The notes under the pieces: generated by a model
Database searches by the model: none
What the model was told of the DNA's origin: nothing
Seen by the model: only the letters and a program-made list of their open reading frames with translations
Assembly (NCBI GenBank): GCA_041548585.1
Contig: JBFESJ010000002.1
Span: forward strand, 1-49,447
Direction: 5' to 3'
Source of the DNA: Desulfobacterales bacterium
GTDB lineage: Bacteria; Desulfobacterota; Desulfobacteria; Desulfobacterales; UBA11574
Length of the DNA: 49,447 bases
Shown here: in pieces, positions 27,289 to 36,720 of the stretch
Layout: every line of letters begins with the position of its first letter
How positions within the stretch are numbered: the stretch's first letter is position 1
Translations under genes and position numbers: made by a program

Positions 27289-28197
27289 ATGAACGTCTGC
27301 AAAGATGATAATGTTTTAGAAGAATTATTGCGGCTTCTAAAATTAGAAAAAATAGAAGAGAATATTTTTCGAGGCCAAAGTCAAGATCTGGGTTTTGGCA
27401 GTGTATTTGGTGGACAAGTATTGGGTCAGGCGCTATCCGCAGCATATCAAACCATACAATCGGACCGCGAAGCCCATAGCCTACATGCATATTTTCTCAG
27501 AATGGGGGATGCGAACAAACCCATCGTTTATGAAGTCGACTGTATCCGCGATGGAAAAAGTTTTACCACACGCCGCGTCGTTGCCATTCAAAAAGGCCGC
27601 GCAATATTTAGTATGTCCGCTTCGTTTCAAATTGATGAACCCGGATTTGATCATCAAGACAACGCACCGGAAATTATCGGACCTGAAGGGGTAGATTCCG
27701 AACTCGAACTTGCCATGGCGGTCGCGGACAAGATACCGGAATCAATTCGAGATAAAATCTTGTGTAAAAAACCGATAGAATTCAGACCGGTAAATCCCAT
27801 CAACCCCTTTTATCCGGAAAAAAGGGAACCGGTGAGTTACACATGGTTTAAAGCCATCAACAAAATGCCCGATGATTTTAGGGTTCACCAATATATGCTG
27901 GCTTACGCATCTGATTTCGGTCTCGTAGCCACATCTCTTTATCCCCATGGACACAGTTACTGGGAGTCTGATATGCAGGTTGCCAGCCTGGATCACGCCT
28001 TATGGTTCCATCGGGATTTTCGAATGGATGAATGGCTTTTGTACGTTATGGAAAGTCCCAATGCTTACAAGGCCAAGGGATTGAACAATGGAAAAATTTA
28101 CACCAAAGAAGGGAAACTCATTGCTTCTGTAACCCAGGAAGGGCTTATACGGAACCATGCCATGAAAAAAGATTTTGGCCGCATGTCGCAAAGATAA
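27289..28197 (+). CDS. tesB: Acyl-CoA thioesterase II
   Basis: Collinear with recalled E. coli TesB: LL.LL.LEKIEE..FRGQS.DLG...VFGGQV.GQAL, RDG.SF..RRV.AIQ.G..IF.M.ASFQ, VHQY.L.YASD, WFHR.F...EWLLY. AAGGAGA RBS. Confidence 0.9.
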   Translation: MNVCKDDNVLEELLRLLKLEKIEENIFRGQSQDLGFGSVFGGQVLGQALSAAYQTIQSDREAHSLHAYFLRMGDANKPIVYEVDCIRDGKSFTTRRVVAIQKGRAIFSMSASFQIDEPGFDHQDNAPEIIGPEGVDSELELAMAVADKIPESIRDKILCKKPIEFRPVNPINPFYPEKREPVSYTWFKAINKMPDDFRVHQYMLAYASDFGLVATSLYPHGHSYWESDMQVASLDHALWFHRDFRMDEWLLYVMESPNAYKAKGLNNGKIYTKEGKLIASVTQEGLIRNHAMKKDFGRMSQR

Positions 28198-28517
28198 AAT
28201 CTGTTTAGGGGGCGCCAGATGAAGCCTCTGCAGATTAAAAGATATGAAACGCAAGTTAAAGAATTTTCTTCAAATATTTCTTCTTAAATTATACAACCCG
28301 GTTCGCAATACGTTGCTGTTTTATATCCAGCACGTTTTAACGGAATGACACTCCATTTCTTTGCTATTCACGATATCTTCGAACTGCGTTTTTCCGATTC
28401 GTTCATGCTTATTTGCCCCGCTCGGATTATCCAGGACTTGCGGTAAACGTCCATCCAGTGTAAAATCATAATAAAGGGTTCGCAAATACGGACATTTGTA
28501 CCAATTCGGAGGTAAAA

Positions 28518-30476
28518 ATGACGACGTACATATATGGTTGGTGTGGAAAGATACTCAAGATAGACCTTTCTGATTTTCGAATTACCGAACTTGAGACCAT
28601 GGACTATGCGGAACGTTTTCTTGGCGGACGCGGAATTGCCACCCGGATCTATTGGGATGAGGTCGGACCTGATGTGAGTGCTTTCGATCCGGCGAATCGT
28701 CTGATTCTCATGAGTGGGCCTCTGGGTGCTACCGGTGTCCAAGGTGCTTCCCGGTTTGAGGTTGTGGGGAAGTCTCCCATGCTGATGCCGGAAGGGTTCT
28801 GTTACGGGAATCTTGGCGGATTTTTCGGCCCGTACTTAAAAAGAGCCGGCTACGACGGTATTGTTATCTTCGGACGATCTGAGAAACCGGTTTATGTCTT
28901 TATCCATGACGGTGAAACCAAAATCTTGGATGCGTCTTTGCTTTGGGGGAGGGGTGTTTATAATGTCAGGGAAATCTTAAAAGAAACCCATGGAAAAAAT
29001 GTACGATTCGTAACCACCGGTGTGGCCGGTGAAAATATGTGCCGAAGTGCCAATCTGATGACAGATAACGAAGGGAGCGCCACCGGTGGGTTCGGTGCGG
29101 TAATGGGATCTAAAAACCTGAAGGCTATAGCGGTGTTGGGTACGGGAAGTCCTTTGGTGGCAAATCCTGAGAAATTAAAAGAACTCAATCAATTGACCAT
29201 CCATTTGAATAAGCGTGATCCGCTCCAGGCCCCTTTTCCCGAAGAACAGGTCCGTCGAACCGGCAAGTCGTCTTGTTATCAATGCGGTCTCGATTGTAAA
29301 TATAGAAATTCTTTTCGGACAGCATCCGGAAAAGATGTTGTCCGAAAATGTCAATCCATGTTTGTTTATCTTCCATGGGTTTTTAGAAGACCGGGGGAGT
29401 CAACGGAGACTGCTGTGGATGCCACGGGAATCTGTAATGATTTTTCGATCTGTACAATGGAAATGGCCAATATCATCCAATGGCTGGATAGCTGTTATCA
29501 GTCGGGATACCTTTCCGATAAAGAGACCGGGCTGGATATTTCAAAACTGGGCACCCATGACTTTTTTGAAAACCTTGCAAATATGATCACGAACAGAGAA
29601 GGATTTGGCGATATTCTGGCCGAAGGCCTTCTTCGATCCGGCGAAAAGCTTGGCCATGAAGCCAAGACTCATTTTGCAAATGAAGTATCCGGTGTCGGAG
29701 ACGGCGCGACATATTCGGCCCGAGAATATCTGATGAATGGGTTGTTGTATGCCCTGGAACCCAGACAGCCGATTGCCATGCTTCATGAAATAAGCTGGTT
29801 AACCGGATTATGGGTTATGAATCAGGCCCATCCCGGATCTTCACCGGTAACATCCGAAGTATTTCGAAATGCTGCCAGAAAATTCTGGGGACATGAAAAG
29901 GCATGGGATCTAACGACCCATGAAGGAAAGGCCATGGCGGCGGTCAAGATAATGGATCGAACTTACGTGAAGGACAGCCTGGTGTTGTGCGATTCCAGTT
30001 GGCCCATAATGGTTTCCTGGAATACGCCGGATCAGGTTGGAGATCCAAGTTTGGAAAGTCGAATGTTTTCCGCAGTGACCGGCATTGAAACAGATGAAAC
30101 CGGTTTAAATCAATATGGCGAACGAATATTTAATCTACAACGGGGAGTTCTTTTACGCGAAGGCCGGCGCCCCAAAGCGGATGACGATCTGGCAGAATTC
30201 AATTTTACCGATCCCGTTGAGACGGTTTTTATGAATCCCGATGTGATTGTCCCCGGGCCGGGGGAGGAAGTGATCAGCCGAAAAGGCAAAACCTTAGAGC
30301 GGGACGTATTTGAAGAGATGCGGAAGGAATTTTATGGGCTGCGGGGCTGGGATACCGAGTCAGGTGTGCAACAGGCTGAAACACTTGAGAAACTCGGGAT
30401 GTCGGACCTTTTGCAAGACCTAAAAAGCATGGGTCTGATTAAAACGAAAAAAAACCAATGGGAAGGTTCTATTTAA
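28518..30476 (+). CDS. Aldehyde:ferredoxin oxidoreductase family (tungstopterin/[4Fe-4S]) enzyme
   Basis: 652 aa. AOR N-terminal domain (GW.GKIL.IDL......E.......FLGGRG), GGFGAVMGSKNLKAI, Cys motif CYQCGLDC (C-x2-C-x3-C). GGAGG RBS. Confidence 0.85.
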   Translation: MTTYIYGWCGKILKIDLSDFRITELETMDYAERFLGGRGIATRIYWDEVGPDVSAFDPANRLILMSGPLGATGVQGASRFEVVGKSPMLMPEGFCYGNLGGFFGPYLKRAGYDGIVIFGRSEKPVYVFIHDGETKILDASLLWGRGVYNVREILKETHGKNVRFVTTGVAGENMCRSANLMTDNEGSATGGFGAVMGSKNLKAIAVLGTGSPLVANPEKLKELNQLTIHLNKRDPLQAPFPEEQVRRTGKSSCYQCGLDCKYRNSFRTASGKDVVRKCQSMFVYLPWVFRRPGESTETAVDATGICNDFSICTMEMANIIQWLDSCYQSGYLSDKETGLDISKLGTHDFFENLANMITNREGFGDILAEGLLRSGEKLGHEAKTHFANEVSGVGDGATYSAREYLMNGLLYALEPRQPIAMLHEISWLTGLWVMNQAHPGSSPVTSEVFRNAARKFWGHEKAWDLTTHEGKAMAAVKIMDRTYVKDSLVLCDSSWPIMVSWNTPDQVGDPSLESRMFSAVTGIETDETGLNQYGERIFNLQRGVLLREGRRPKADDDLAEFNFTDPVETVFMNPDVIVPGPGEEVISRKGKTLERDVFEEMRKEFYGLRGWDTESGVQQAETLEKLGMSDLLQDLKSMGLIKTKKNQWEGSI

Positions 30477-30794
30477 ATGCTCAAGTTTCGCACCCATATA
30501 TTCGGCTAAAGCCTTACCTGGTAATAGTCTGAAAGATTTTGTTCCGGTGAATGATGGTGCGGTTCACGCATCGCCATATTTTTTCAAAAAAGGCGATATA
30601 AATTCTTTGCCGTGGCAGCGTGTCCCAGTATTTGGGATTTGTGAAAGATCTAAGGTGATGTAAAAACGGCATTCTGAAAACAGGTTTTTAAATTCAACAT
30701 TGACTTTGCTCGTTGTCGTCTTATTTTTGTAACACTTAGAAAATGATTATCATCCCCGCGGGTCAATTATCAGGGGCATCCAAAAAATGGAAAC

Positions 30795-31538
30795 ATGCGA
30801 TTTCTCTTGTACAACATACGTTACGCAGCAGGGATAGGAAGGCAATTTCACCTTCCGGTACCTTATTGCGGCTATTTAAAGCACACCAACGGCAATTTAA
30901 AAAAAATAGTCGATTTCATCAAACCGCTGAATCCGGATATTATCGGACTGATCGAGGTGGATACCGGATCCTTCCGTTCGGAAAAAAGCAACCAGGCTGA
31001 AGCTATCGCCGAAGAATTGGAACACTTTCCTGTCTATCAGTCAAAATATTCCATGGATTCAGTGGCCCAGAAAGTACCGGTGTTGAACAAGCAGGGGAAT
31101 GCGATTCTAACCAACCGGGAGATTGTGTCTCAAAACTTTCATTATTTTCGTAATGGTGTAAAGCGCCTCGTGATTGAACTCGAGTTAGAAGACTTTTCGA
31201 TTTTTCTGGTGCATCTGTCTATCAAATTCCGACATCGGCAGTATCAGTTGCAGGATCTTCATACCATGATCAAAAACATAAAAAAGCCGGTCATTGTTGC
31301 CGGAGACTTAAATGTGTTGTGGGGTGATCGGGAACTGCAATTATTTCTTGCCGCCACAGAGTTACACAATGCAAACAGCAATGGGGAACCCTCCCACCCC
31401 AGCCGGGCTCCGCGAAGACAACTCGATTATATTTTTCATAGCCCGGAAATTCAAGTTACCCATTTTCAGATTCCACAGGTCAAATTTTCCGACCATACGC
31501 CACTGGTCTGTGATTTTAAGGTCACCAAAGCATTATAG
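30795..31538 (+). CDS. Endonuclease/exonuclease/phosphatase (EEP) family protein
   Basis: 247 aa. N-terminal LLYNIRY, GDLN, C-terminal SDHTPL catalytic His motif. Confidence 0.7.
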   Translation: MRFLLYNIRYAAGIGRQFHLPVPYCGYLKHTNGNLKKIVDFIKPLNPDIIGLIEVDTGSFRSEKSNQAEAIAEELEHFPVYQSKYSMDSVAQKVPVLNKQGNAILTNREIVSQNFHYFRNGVKRLVIELELEDFSIFLVHLSIKFRHRQYQLQDLHTMIKNIKKPVIVAGDLNVLWGDRELQLFLAATELHNANSNGEPSHPSRAPRRQLDYIFHSPEIQVTHFQIPQVKFSDHTPLVCDFKVTKAL

Positions 31539-31657
31539 GCTGACCGCCATGGATTGCAAAATGACAATCCAGACAAAATATCAATACATCCTTTATCCCG
31601 GAAAAAAGCGGTGCCGGAACCAGGAAGACGTCTAAGCGCTTTTATTGTGATTTTTAA

Positions 31658-31759
31658 TCCCCCGACCGCTTGTCGGAACGCAGTGGAGATTTATCCGCCT
31701 CTGGAGGATCCCGATCCTTCGGGGGCGGAGCAAAGCGTAAATCCCGTCGAAACGGGGCG
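31658..31759. repeat. REP-like hairpin module cluster, copy B (inverted relative to copy A)
   Basis: 31672-31709 is the exact reverse complement of 201-238. It shares the CCCGAAGG..CGGGATC and GGGATTT(A/C)CGCTT(T/C)GCTCC modules, in a different order. Confidence 0.75.
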
Positions 31760-31885
31760 TTGATGAGAGGTCGTATCTTAATAAATTAAGGAAAGTTAAA
31801 CGTTGATTGTCAATGTCTTACATTAAAAAAATAAATAGGTCATGATTATGGTACATTCATGTGAAAAATTTGAAAAGAGGAATAA

Positions 31886-32494
31886 ATGGAATATAAATTT
31901 CTTGTAGACACTTACGACACAGAACGGATGAAGACGCTTAGCGTTTGGAGTATGTTTACCGATGAGGATCTTTTGATCCGTCCTCATCCACTTGACAAAA
32001 AAGACAGGAATCCACTTGAGCACATGGTGCATCAGTGCACCAGTGAAGACAAATGGTTTTGCAATATGTTTGGCATTGACGTTGCCGCACCGCCTTTGCC
32101 CAAAAAGGAAACACGTCTTGAATTTATTAAACGGTATGCTGAGGATTCCGGAAAACGACTTGAGGTTCTAAGAGAAAAGGACAAAACTTGGTGGGAACAA
32201 GAGGTTGCTTTTTTCGATACCCAGCGATTGAGAACCTGGATTATGCTAAGAAGGATAGCCCATACGGCACATCATCGAGCAGAGCAGACCGCCATACTTC
32301 GGATGTTGGGAAGGGATGTTTACAGTGTTTATGGACCGTCTGCTGATACAGGTGGTTTGCCTCAAAATAATGCGAAAACGATATATGCATACCCGGATAT
32401 ACAGTCCCTAATCGAAGGTGAATCTAAAGGTGGACTAAAGGCACGCCTGCCAGGCCCCGGAAATAAACCCTGCACAGAACGGCCTGATCTTTAA
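31886..32494 (+). CDS. DinB-family (DinB_2-like) metal-dependent protein
   Basis: 202 aa. His triad pattern including HTAHHRAEQ. GAGGA RBS. Confidence 0.6.
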   Translation: MEYKFLVDTYDTERMKTLSVWSMFTDEDLLIRPHPLDKKDRNPLEHMVHQCTSEDKWFCNMFGIDVAAPPLPKKETRLEFIKRYAEDSGKRLEVLREKDKTWWEQEVAFFDTQRLRTWIMLRRIAHTAHHRAEQTAILRMLGRDVYSVYGPSADTGGLPQNNAKTIYAYPDIQSLIEGESKGGLKARLPGPGNKPCTERPDL

Positions 32495-32573
32495 TGGGCA
32501 TAGGGACATATTTCCTGTCACTTTGCGATGAGGTTAAAACGATTATCAAAAATCGGGTGCGGTCCTGATCAAA

Positions 32574-33602
32574 ATGACTTTAAGTGAACTTTTTAACCGA
32601 TTAGATATAGACAAAAATGGAGAACTTTCTAGATCAGAGCTCCATGAATCAGCCCGACGCATGGGATGGCACTGGAATGAAGCCCCTGTTTTAGCGGTTC
32701 TTGATCTTTTTACAGTACTAAAACCGATATCAAGGGATAACTTCATAGCTTATATGACTCAAATTATTGAAGATCCCCATGGCCCATATGGAAAAGTGCT
32801 TCTAAATTCACGCCCTTTTTTATCTTCGACCGCCTCAAAAAGAACGATAATTTCAAAAGAAAAAATTGTAGATGTTCATAAAAAGAATACACCACGACGC
32901 CGGTTAACACCAAATGACCGAACGTGTCATGATATGATTTCACTTTTAAAACATATCGCCAATCTTGACGTTGCGAACAACTACCAGAATTTCTTGAAAA
33001 ATATGAATGTCAATATACTTAAAATTTCGGCTGCTAATGCAGCATTGTTGATCATCGACCCTCAACGATCCTTTACAAAGGGAACATGGATGAAATCCAT
33101 AGGTTCCAAAGCCGAACTTGAGGTTAAACCCATTCAATTTGCATTCGAAAAATGTGCTCAATTTTTAAATAAAAACTACAGGTTTATTGAAACGATGTTT
33201 ACCAGATGCCCGTTTCCACCGTGTAGCTATGATTGGGACGATGTATTCACGGGGATTATCGATTCCAAACAGCTTTACTTCATTAAGCCCGGGAACAGTG
33301 TATTGTTTCCAACCACAAATGGTTTCCGCGAGTGGGTTGAAAGCTTTATCAATGATGGCAAAAAAATATTGGTGATAGCAGGATGTACATTAAATAGTTG
33401 TGTCCGAAAATCTTCCATTGAAACACAAAAATATTTCAAAAACCGTGAGCTTCAAATTGTTGTGGATTTAAGCTTGTCCGGAGCGCGTACATGCAATTAC
33501 ATGCATTCTTCATTGTATGGTGGTTTGTCTGCTGTTGAATCTGCTGCTCGAGAAATGATCGATGCAGGTGTACGGGTAGCACAATGTGTACAGTGGATAT
33601 AA
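32574..33602 (+). CDS. EF-hand fused to an isochorismatase-like cysteine hydrolase
   Basis: Canonical EF loop DIDKNGELSRSE (32604-32639). C-terminal LLIIDPQRSF (Asp), IKPGNSVLF (Lys), IAGCTLNSCV (Cys) isochorismatase-type triad context. Confidence 0.65.
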   Translation: MTLSELFNRLDIDKNGELSRSELHESARRMGWHWNEAPVLAVLDLFTVLKPISRDNFIAYMTQIIEDPHGPYGKVLLNSRPFLSSTASKRTIISKEKIVDVHKKNTPRRRLTPNDRTCHDMISLLKHIANLDVANNYQNFLKNMNVNILKISAANAALLIIDPQRSFTKGTWMKSIGSKAELEVKPIQFAFEKCAQFLNKNYRFIETMFTRCPFPPCSYDWDDVFTGIIDSKQLYFIKPGNSVLFPTTNGFREWVESFINDGKKILVIAGCTLNSCVRKSSIETQKYFKNRELQIVVDLSLSGARTCNYMHSSLYGGLSAVESAAREMIDAGVRVAQCVQWI

Positions 33603-33763
33603 AGTTTCGTTTTGAGAATATGTGCGGATTAAAATCTTGAATCTTGTATGCCAATTTGAGGAAATAAGCTGTAGCGGATTATAATTGTTTGGTCGAAAAC
33701 AAGAACATTCCCACAAGGCATCTGTTTTTATATCCATGTTTTTATTGAGAAAAGGAGGATCTA

Positions 33764-35221
33764 ATGGCCCTAATGACCCCCGAGCACTTTGAAGAGAGCC
33801 TAAAAAAGATGAAACCCAGAGTTTACATGAACGGGAAGAGAGTGGAAAATGTGCTTGAGAACCCCAACACCCGAACCGTTGTAGAATCCAACAAGGCCAG
33901 TTATCGATGGGCTTTAGATCCGGAGTATAAGGATATCATGTCCTGCTACTCACCGCTGATTGATGACATTGTCAATCGTTACACCTATGTGAGCGCCAGC
34001 ATAGAGGATCTCGTCAAAAAAGCTGAGGCGGGAACATTCACGGCAGAAAGGCTGGGAACTTGTATCTATCGCTGTGTGGGGTACGATGCATTTCATGCTC
34101 TGGCCAGCACGACCTGGGAAATGGATCAGGACTTGGGTAAGTCTTATCATTCGCGCTTTATGGAATTTCTCAAGATGGTCCAGGAAAAGGACCTCTCTGT
34201 GGCTGGCGCCTTGACCGAACCCAGGGGAAGGCGGGACAAGAAAACCCTGGATTGGCCAGACCCTTATCTCTCCCTGAAGGTGGTTGAAAAGAACGAGAAA
34301 GGTATCGTTGTCCGGGGTGCCAAGATCAACATTAGCGGCGCTTTTGCAAGCCACGAACTGGTTGTGATGCCGCAATCGTCCCACAGGAAAGGGGAGGAAG
34401 ACTATGCGGTGGCCTTTGCCACTCCCACCGACGCAGAGGGGATTACATATGTCTGTCAGTTTTCCCCATACTCTGCAGAGAGGGAAATGGCAGATGATCC
34501 CTATGAATTGGGCAATCCCGTGTTTGGCCAGCGGGAGACCTCCATGGTTATTTTCGATAATGTATTCGTGCCCTGGGAGCGGGTCTTTCACTGCGGTGAA
34601 GCCCGATATTCCGGAAAAATCGTTGCCCGGTTTGCCAAAACCCACCGTATGACCTGTGGCGGAACATGCAAGGTTGGATTCATGAACCAGATTATCGGGG
34701 CCTCCAAGCTTATCCAGGAATATAAGGGGCTGGACAAGGTTCCCCATATCAACGAGCAATTAACAGAAATGGTTGTACTCAGGGAAACGGGCCGCGCATG
34801 CGGTCTGGCCGCTGCCCGGAAAGGAACCGAGGATCCTCCCGGATCCGGGGTTTATCTGCCGGACGAGGTGATGGGCAATGTGGCCAAGCTTAATATTTGC
34901 AATGCATTTTGGCGGGCCATGGCTTTGGCAGGAGATATCGGCGGCGGGCTTGTGGTAACCATACCTTCTCTAAAAGAGTTGAAGAATCCAGATGTAAAAG
35001 ATTACGTCGAAGAATTTTACAGCTTCGGTTCGGAAGAACCCACGGAAAACATACTGAAGGTGCATAAGCTCTTGCAGCACTGGACTGCGGGTCTCCACGG
35101 CGTGGGAACCTGGCATGGGGCAGGGCCGGTAATGGCCCAGAAGATCATGCTTCAACGCGTCGTAGACTTTGAGCACGAAAAAAATCTGGTGAAAGACACC
35201 TTGAAACTCAAAGTGAGATGA
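33764..35221 (+). CDS. 4-Hydroxybutyryl-CoA dehydratase/vinylacetyl-CoA isomerase (AbfD) family protein
   Basis: 485 aa, collinear with recalled C. aminobutyricum AbfD. Cluster-ligand contexts are conserved: CIYRCVG (C-x3-C) and HRMTCGGTCKVG (H...C). AAGGAGGA RBS. Confidence 0.85.
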   Translation: MALMTPEHFEESLKKMKPRVYMNGKRVENVLENPNTRTVVESNKASYRWALDPEYKDIMSCYSPLIDDIVNRYTYVSASIEDLVKKAEAGTFTAERLGTCIYRCVGYDAFHALASTTWEMDQDLGKSYHSRFMEFLKMVQEKDLSVAGALTEPRGRRDKKTLDWPDPYLSLKVVEKNEKGIVVRGAKINISGAFASHELVVMPQSSHRKGEEDYAVAFATPTDAEGITYVCQFSPYSAEREMADDPYELGNPVFGQRETSMVIFDNVFVPWERVFHCGEARYSGKIVARFAKTHRMTCGGTCKVGFMNQIIGASKLIQEYKGLDKVPHINEQLTEMVVLRETGRACGLAAARKGTEDPPGSGVYLPDEVMGNVAKLNICNAFWRAMALAGDIGGGLVVTIPSLKELKNPDVKDYVEEFYSFGSEEPTENILKVHKLLQHWTAGLHGVGTWHGAGPVMAQKIMLQRVVDFEHEKNLVKDTLKLKVR

Positions 35222-35224
35222 TGA

Positions 35225-36307
35225 ATGATGAATGGTGAAGTGTATCAAAGGCTGGCCAAGGTCCTCGACACGCTGCCCAATGGTTTTCCGGCCACGAAGA
35301 ACGGTCTTGAAATCAAGATTCTCAAAAAGATATTTACCCCCGAAGAGGCCGATTTGTTCTGCGATTTGAGGTTGACACCCGAAACTGCGGAGCAGATCGC
35401 CGAACGTACCGGGCGTCCCCAGGAGGGACTTGAAGCGTTGTTGAGTTCAATGTGGGATCGTGGAGAAGTTTTTGGAAGCGAATCCGGCGGAATCAGGACT
35501 TTTAAATTGATGCCCTGGGTTGTCGGGATTTATGAGTTTCAGCTCAACCGGATGGACCGTGAGCTTGCAGAGATGTGTGAGAAGTATTCCATATACTGGG
35601 GATCGCAGTTCTTAAAGTACGGGCCTCAGGTGATGCAGGTCATTCCTATCGAAACACAGATACCCGTCAGGCAGGAGGCCCTGACCTATGAGCAGGTCTC
35701 CGGCATTATCGAAAAAGCCCGTTCTTTTATGGTAAACGAATGTATCTGCAAAAAGAAACAGGGAATTCTGGACAATCCCTGTGACAGACCTATGGAGGTC
35801 TGCATGGCCATGGATCCGGAGCCCGGTGCTTTCGAAAACAATCCCTGGGGCGGACGCATCATCTCCAAAGCGGAGGCCTATAAGGTGCTCCGAAAGTCAG
35901 AAGAGGTGGGGCTCGTGCACATGACCAGCAACGTGGAGAGCGGACACTGGTATATCTGTAATTGCTGCGGGTGCTGTTGCGGGTTGTTGCAGGCAATAAA
36001 CATGGGCCTCACCAGTGTGGTCAATTCTTACTATTACGCTGTAATCGATCCTGATGTGTGCGACGTTTGTGGCACCTGCGCTGATGAGCGCTGCCAGGTG
36101 AACGCTATTGAAAAGGGAGAAGATGCCTATCGTATCAGTAGGAAAAGGTGCATTGGTTGCGGTCTTTGCGCAACGACCTGCCCTACACGAGCCATCCAAC
36201 TGGTCCGAAAAGAAGTAACGGAGCTGGTGAATCCACCAAAGGATGAAGACGCCTGGCTTGAGGAGCGGGCACGTCAGCGAGGAAAGGATTTCAGCGCCTA
36301 TAAATAA
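35225..36307 (+). CDS. Fe-S protein (paralogue of 21924-22982): wHTH-like N-domain, CNCCGCCC cluster, 2x[4Fe-4S] ferredoxin domain
   Basis: Start is 3 nt after the AbfD-like stop. CICKKKQGILDNPCDRPMEVC, CNCCGCCC (35957-35980), CDVCGTCADERC, CIGCGLCATTCP. Confidence 0.8.
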   Translation: MMNGEVYQRLAKVLDTLPNGFPATKNGLEIKILKKIFTPEEADLFCDLRLTPETAEQIAERTGRPQEGLEALLSSMWDRGEVFGSESGGIRTFKLMPWVVGIYEFQLNRMDRELAEMCEKYSIYWGSQFLKYGPQVMQVIPIETQIPVRQEALTYEQVSGIIEKARSFMVNECICKKKQGILDNPCDRPMEVCMAMDPEPGAFENNPWGGRIISKAEAYKVLRKSEEVGLVHMTSNVESGHWYICNCCGCCCGLLQAINMGLTSVVNSYYYAVIDPDVCDVCGTCADERCQVNAIEKGEDAYRISRKRCIGCGLCATTCPTRAIQLVRKEVTELVNPPKDEDAWLEERARQRGKDFSAYK

Positions 36308-36531
36308 AACGTTTTTTCTTGATATTCGCGAAAATTAGTCCTAAATGCCTTTGTAGTATACGGTAAAGTTGTTCATGAAAAATATGTTAAAAGGACACCG
36401 GGAATCATGATTGACAACCAAGCCTACCTTTAAAAGGCAATCCTTGAGACACATGCACTATGTCAAATTGCATTTTTACGGGCCGTGGTAAATGAATCAA
36501 AAAAATATCTTGGTGAAAATAGGAGGAGATT

Positions 36532-36720
36532 ATGGATAAAAAAGCCGGACCACGTAAAGGGAAACCTGATCCTGAGCGTATGGCGGTTTTGCGCTCGCTT
36601 CCCATTGAAATCAAACAGCAAATCACCGGAGAGGAAGCCCAGGCATTTCTTTACAAAGAAGCGTTGCCTGATTCCCTCATGGAAAAATTGAAAGATTATA
36701 TGGTTCCCGAAGATAAATGA
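36532..36720 (+). CDS. Small hypothetical protein (62 aa)
   Basis: Strong RBS AGGAGGAG 5 nt upstream. Charged helical sequence. No family recognised. Confidence 0.55.
   Translation: MDKKAGPRKGKPDPERMAVLRSLPIEIKQQITGEEAQAFLYKEALPDSLMEKLKDYMVPEDK

Noticed and set aside
28518-30476. Calling the 652-aa AOR-family protein BamB (class II benzoyl-CoA reductase)
   Set aside because: The length is similar, but no BamC-I-type Fe-S, Hdr-like or Nuo-like genes are adjacent, and I cannot verify the clade without a phylogeny. Kept as a generic AOR-family call.
201-31709. The 31.4-kb segment bounded by perfect inverted 38-mers as a composite transposon or genomic island
   Set aside because: The content is housekeeping and transport genes (aroKE, csp, ugp, tesB). 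There is no transposase, integrase or tRNA target, and a third degenerate copy lies outside the segment. A dispersed REP-like family explains it better.
31554-31763. 69-aa ORF downstream of the EEP gene
   Set aside because: It is composed almost entirely of the hairpin repeat sequence and has no RBS.
33950-34759. 269-aa ORF antisense to the AbfD-like gene
   Set aside because: The sense frame is collinear with a known enzyme family, and the antisense product has no features.
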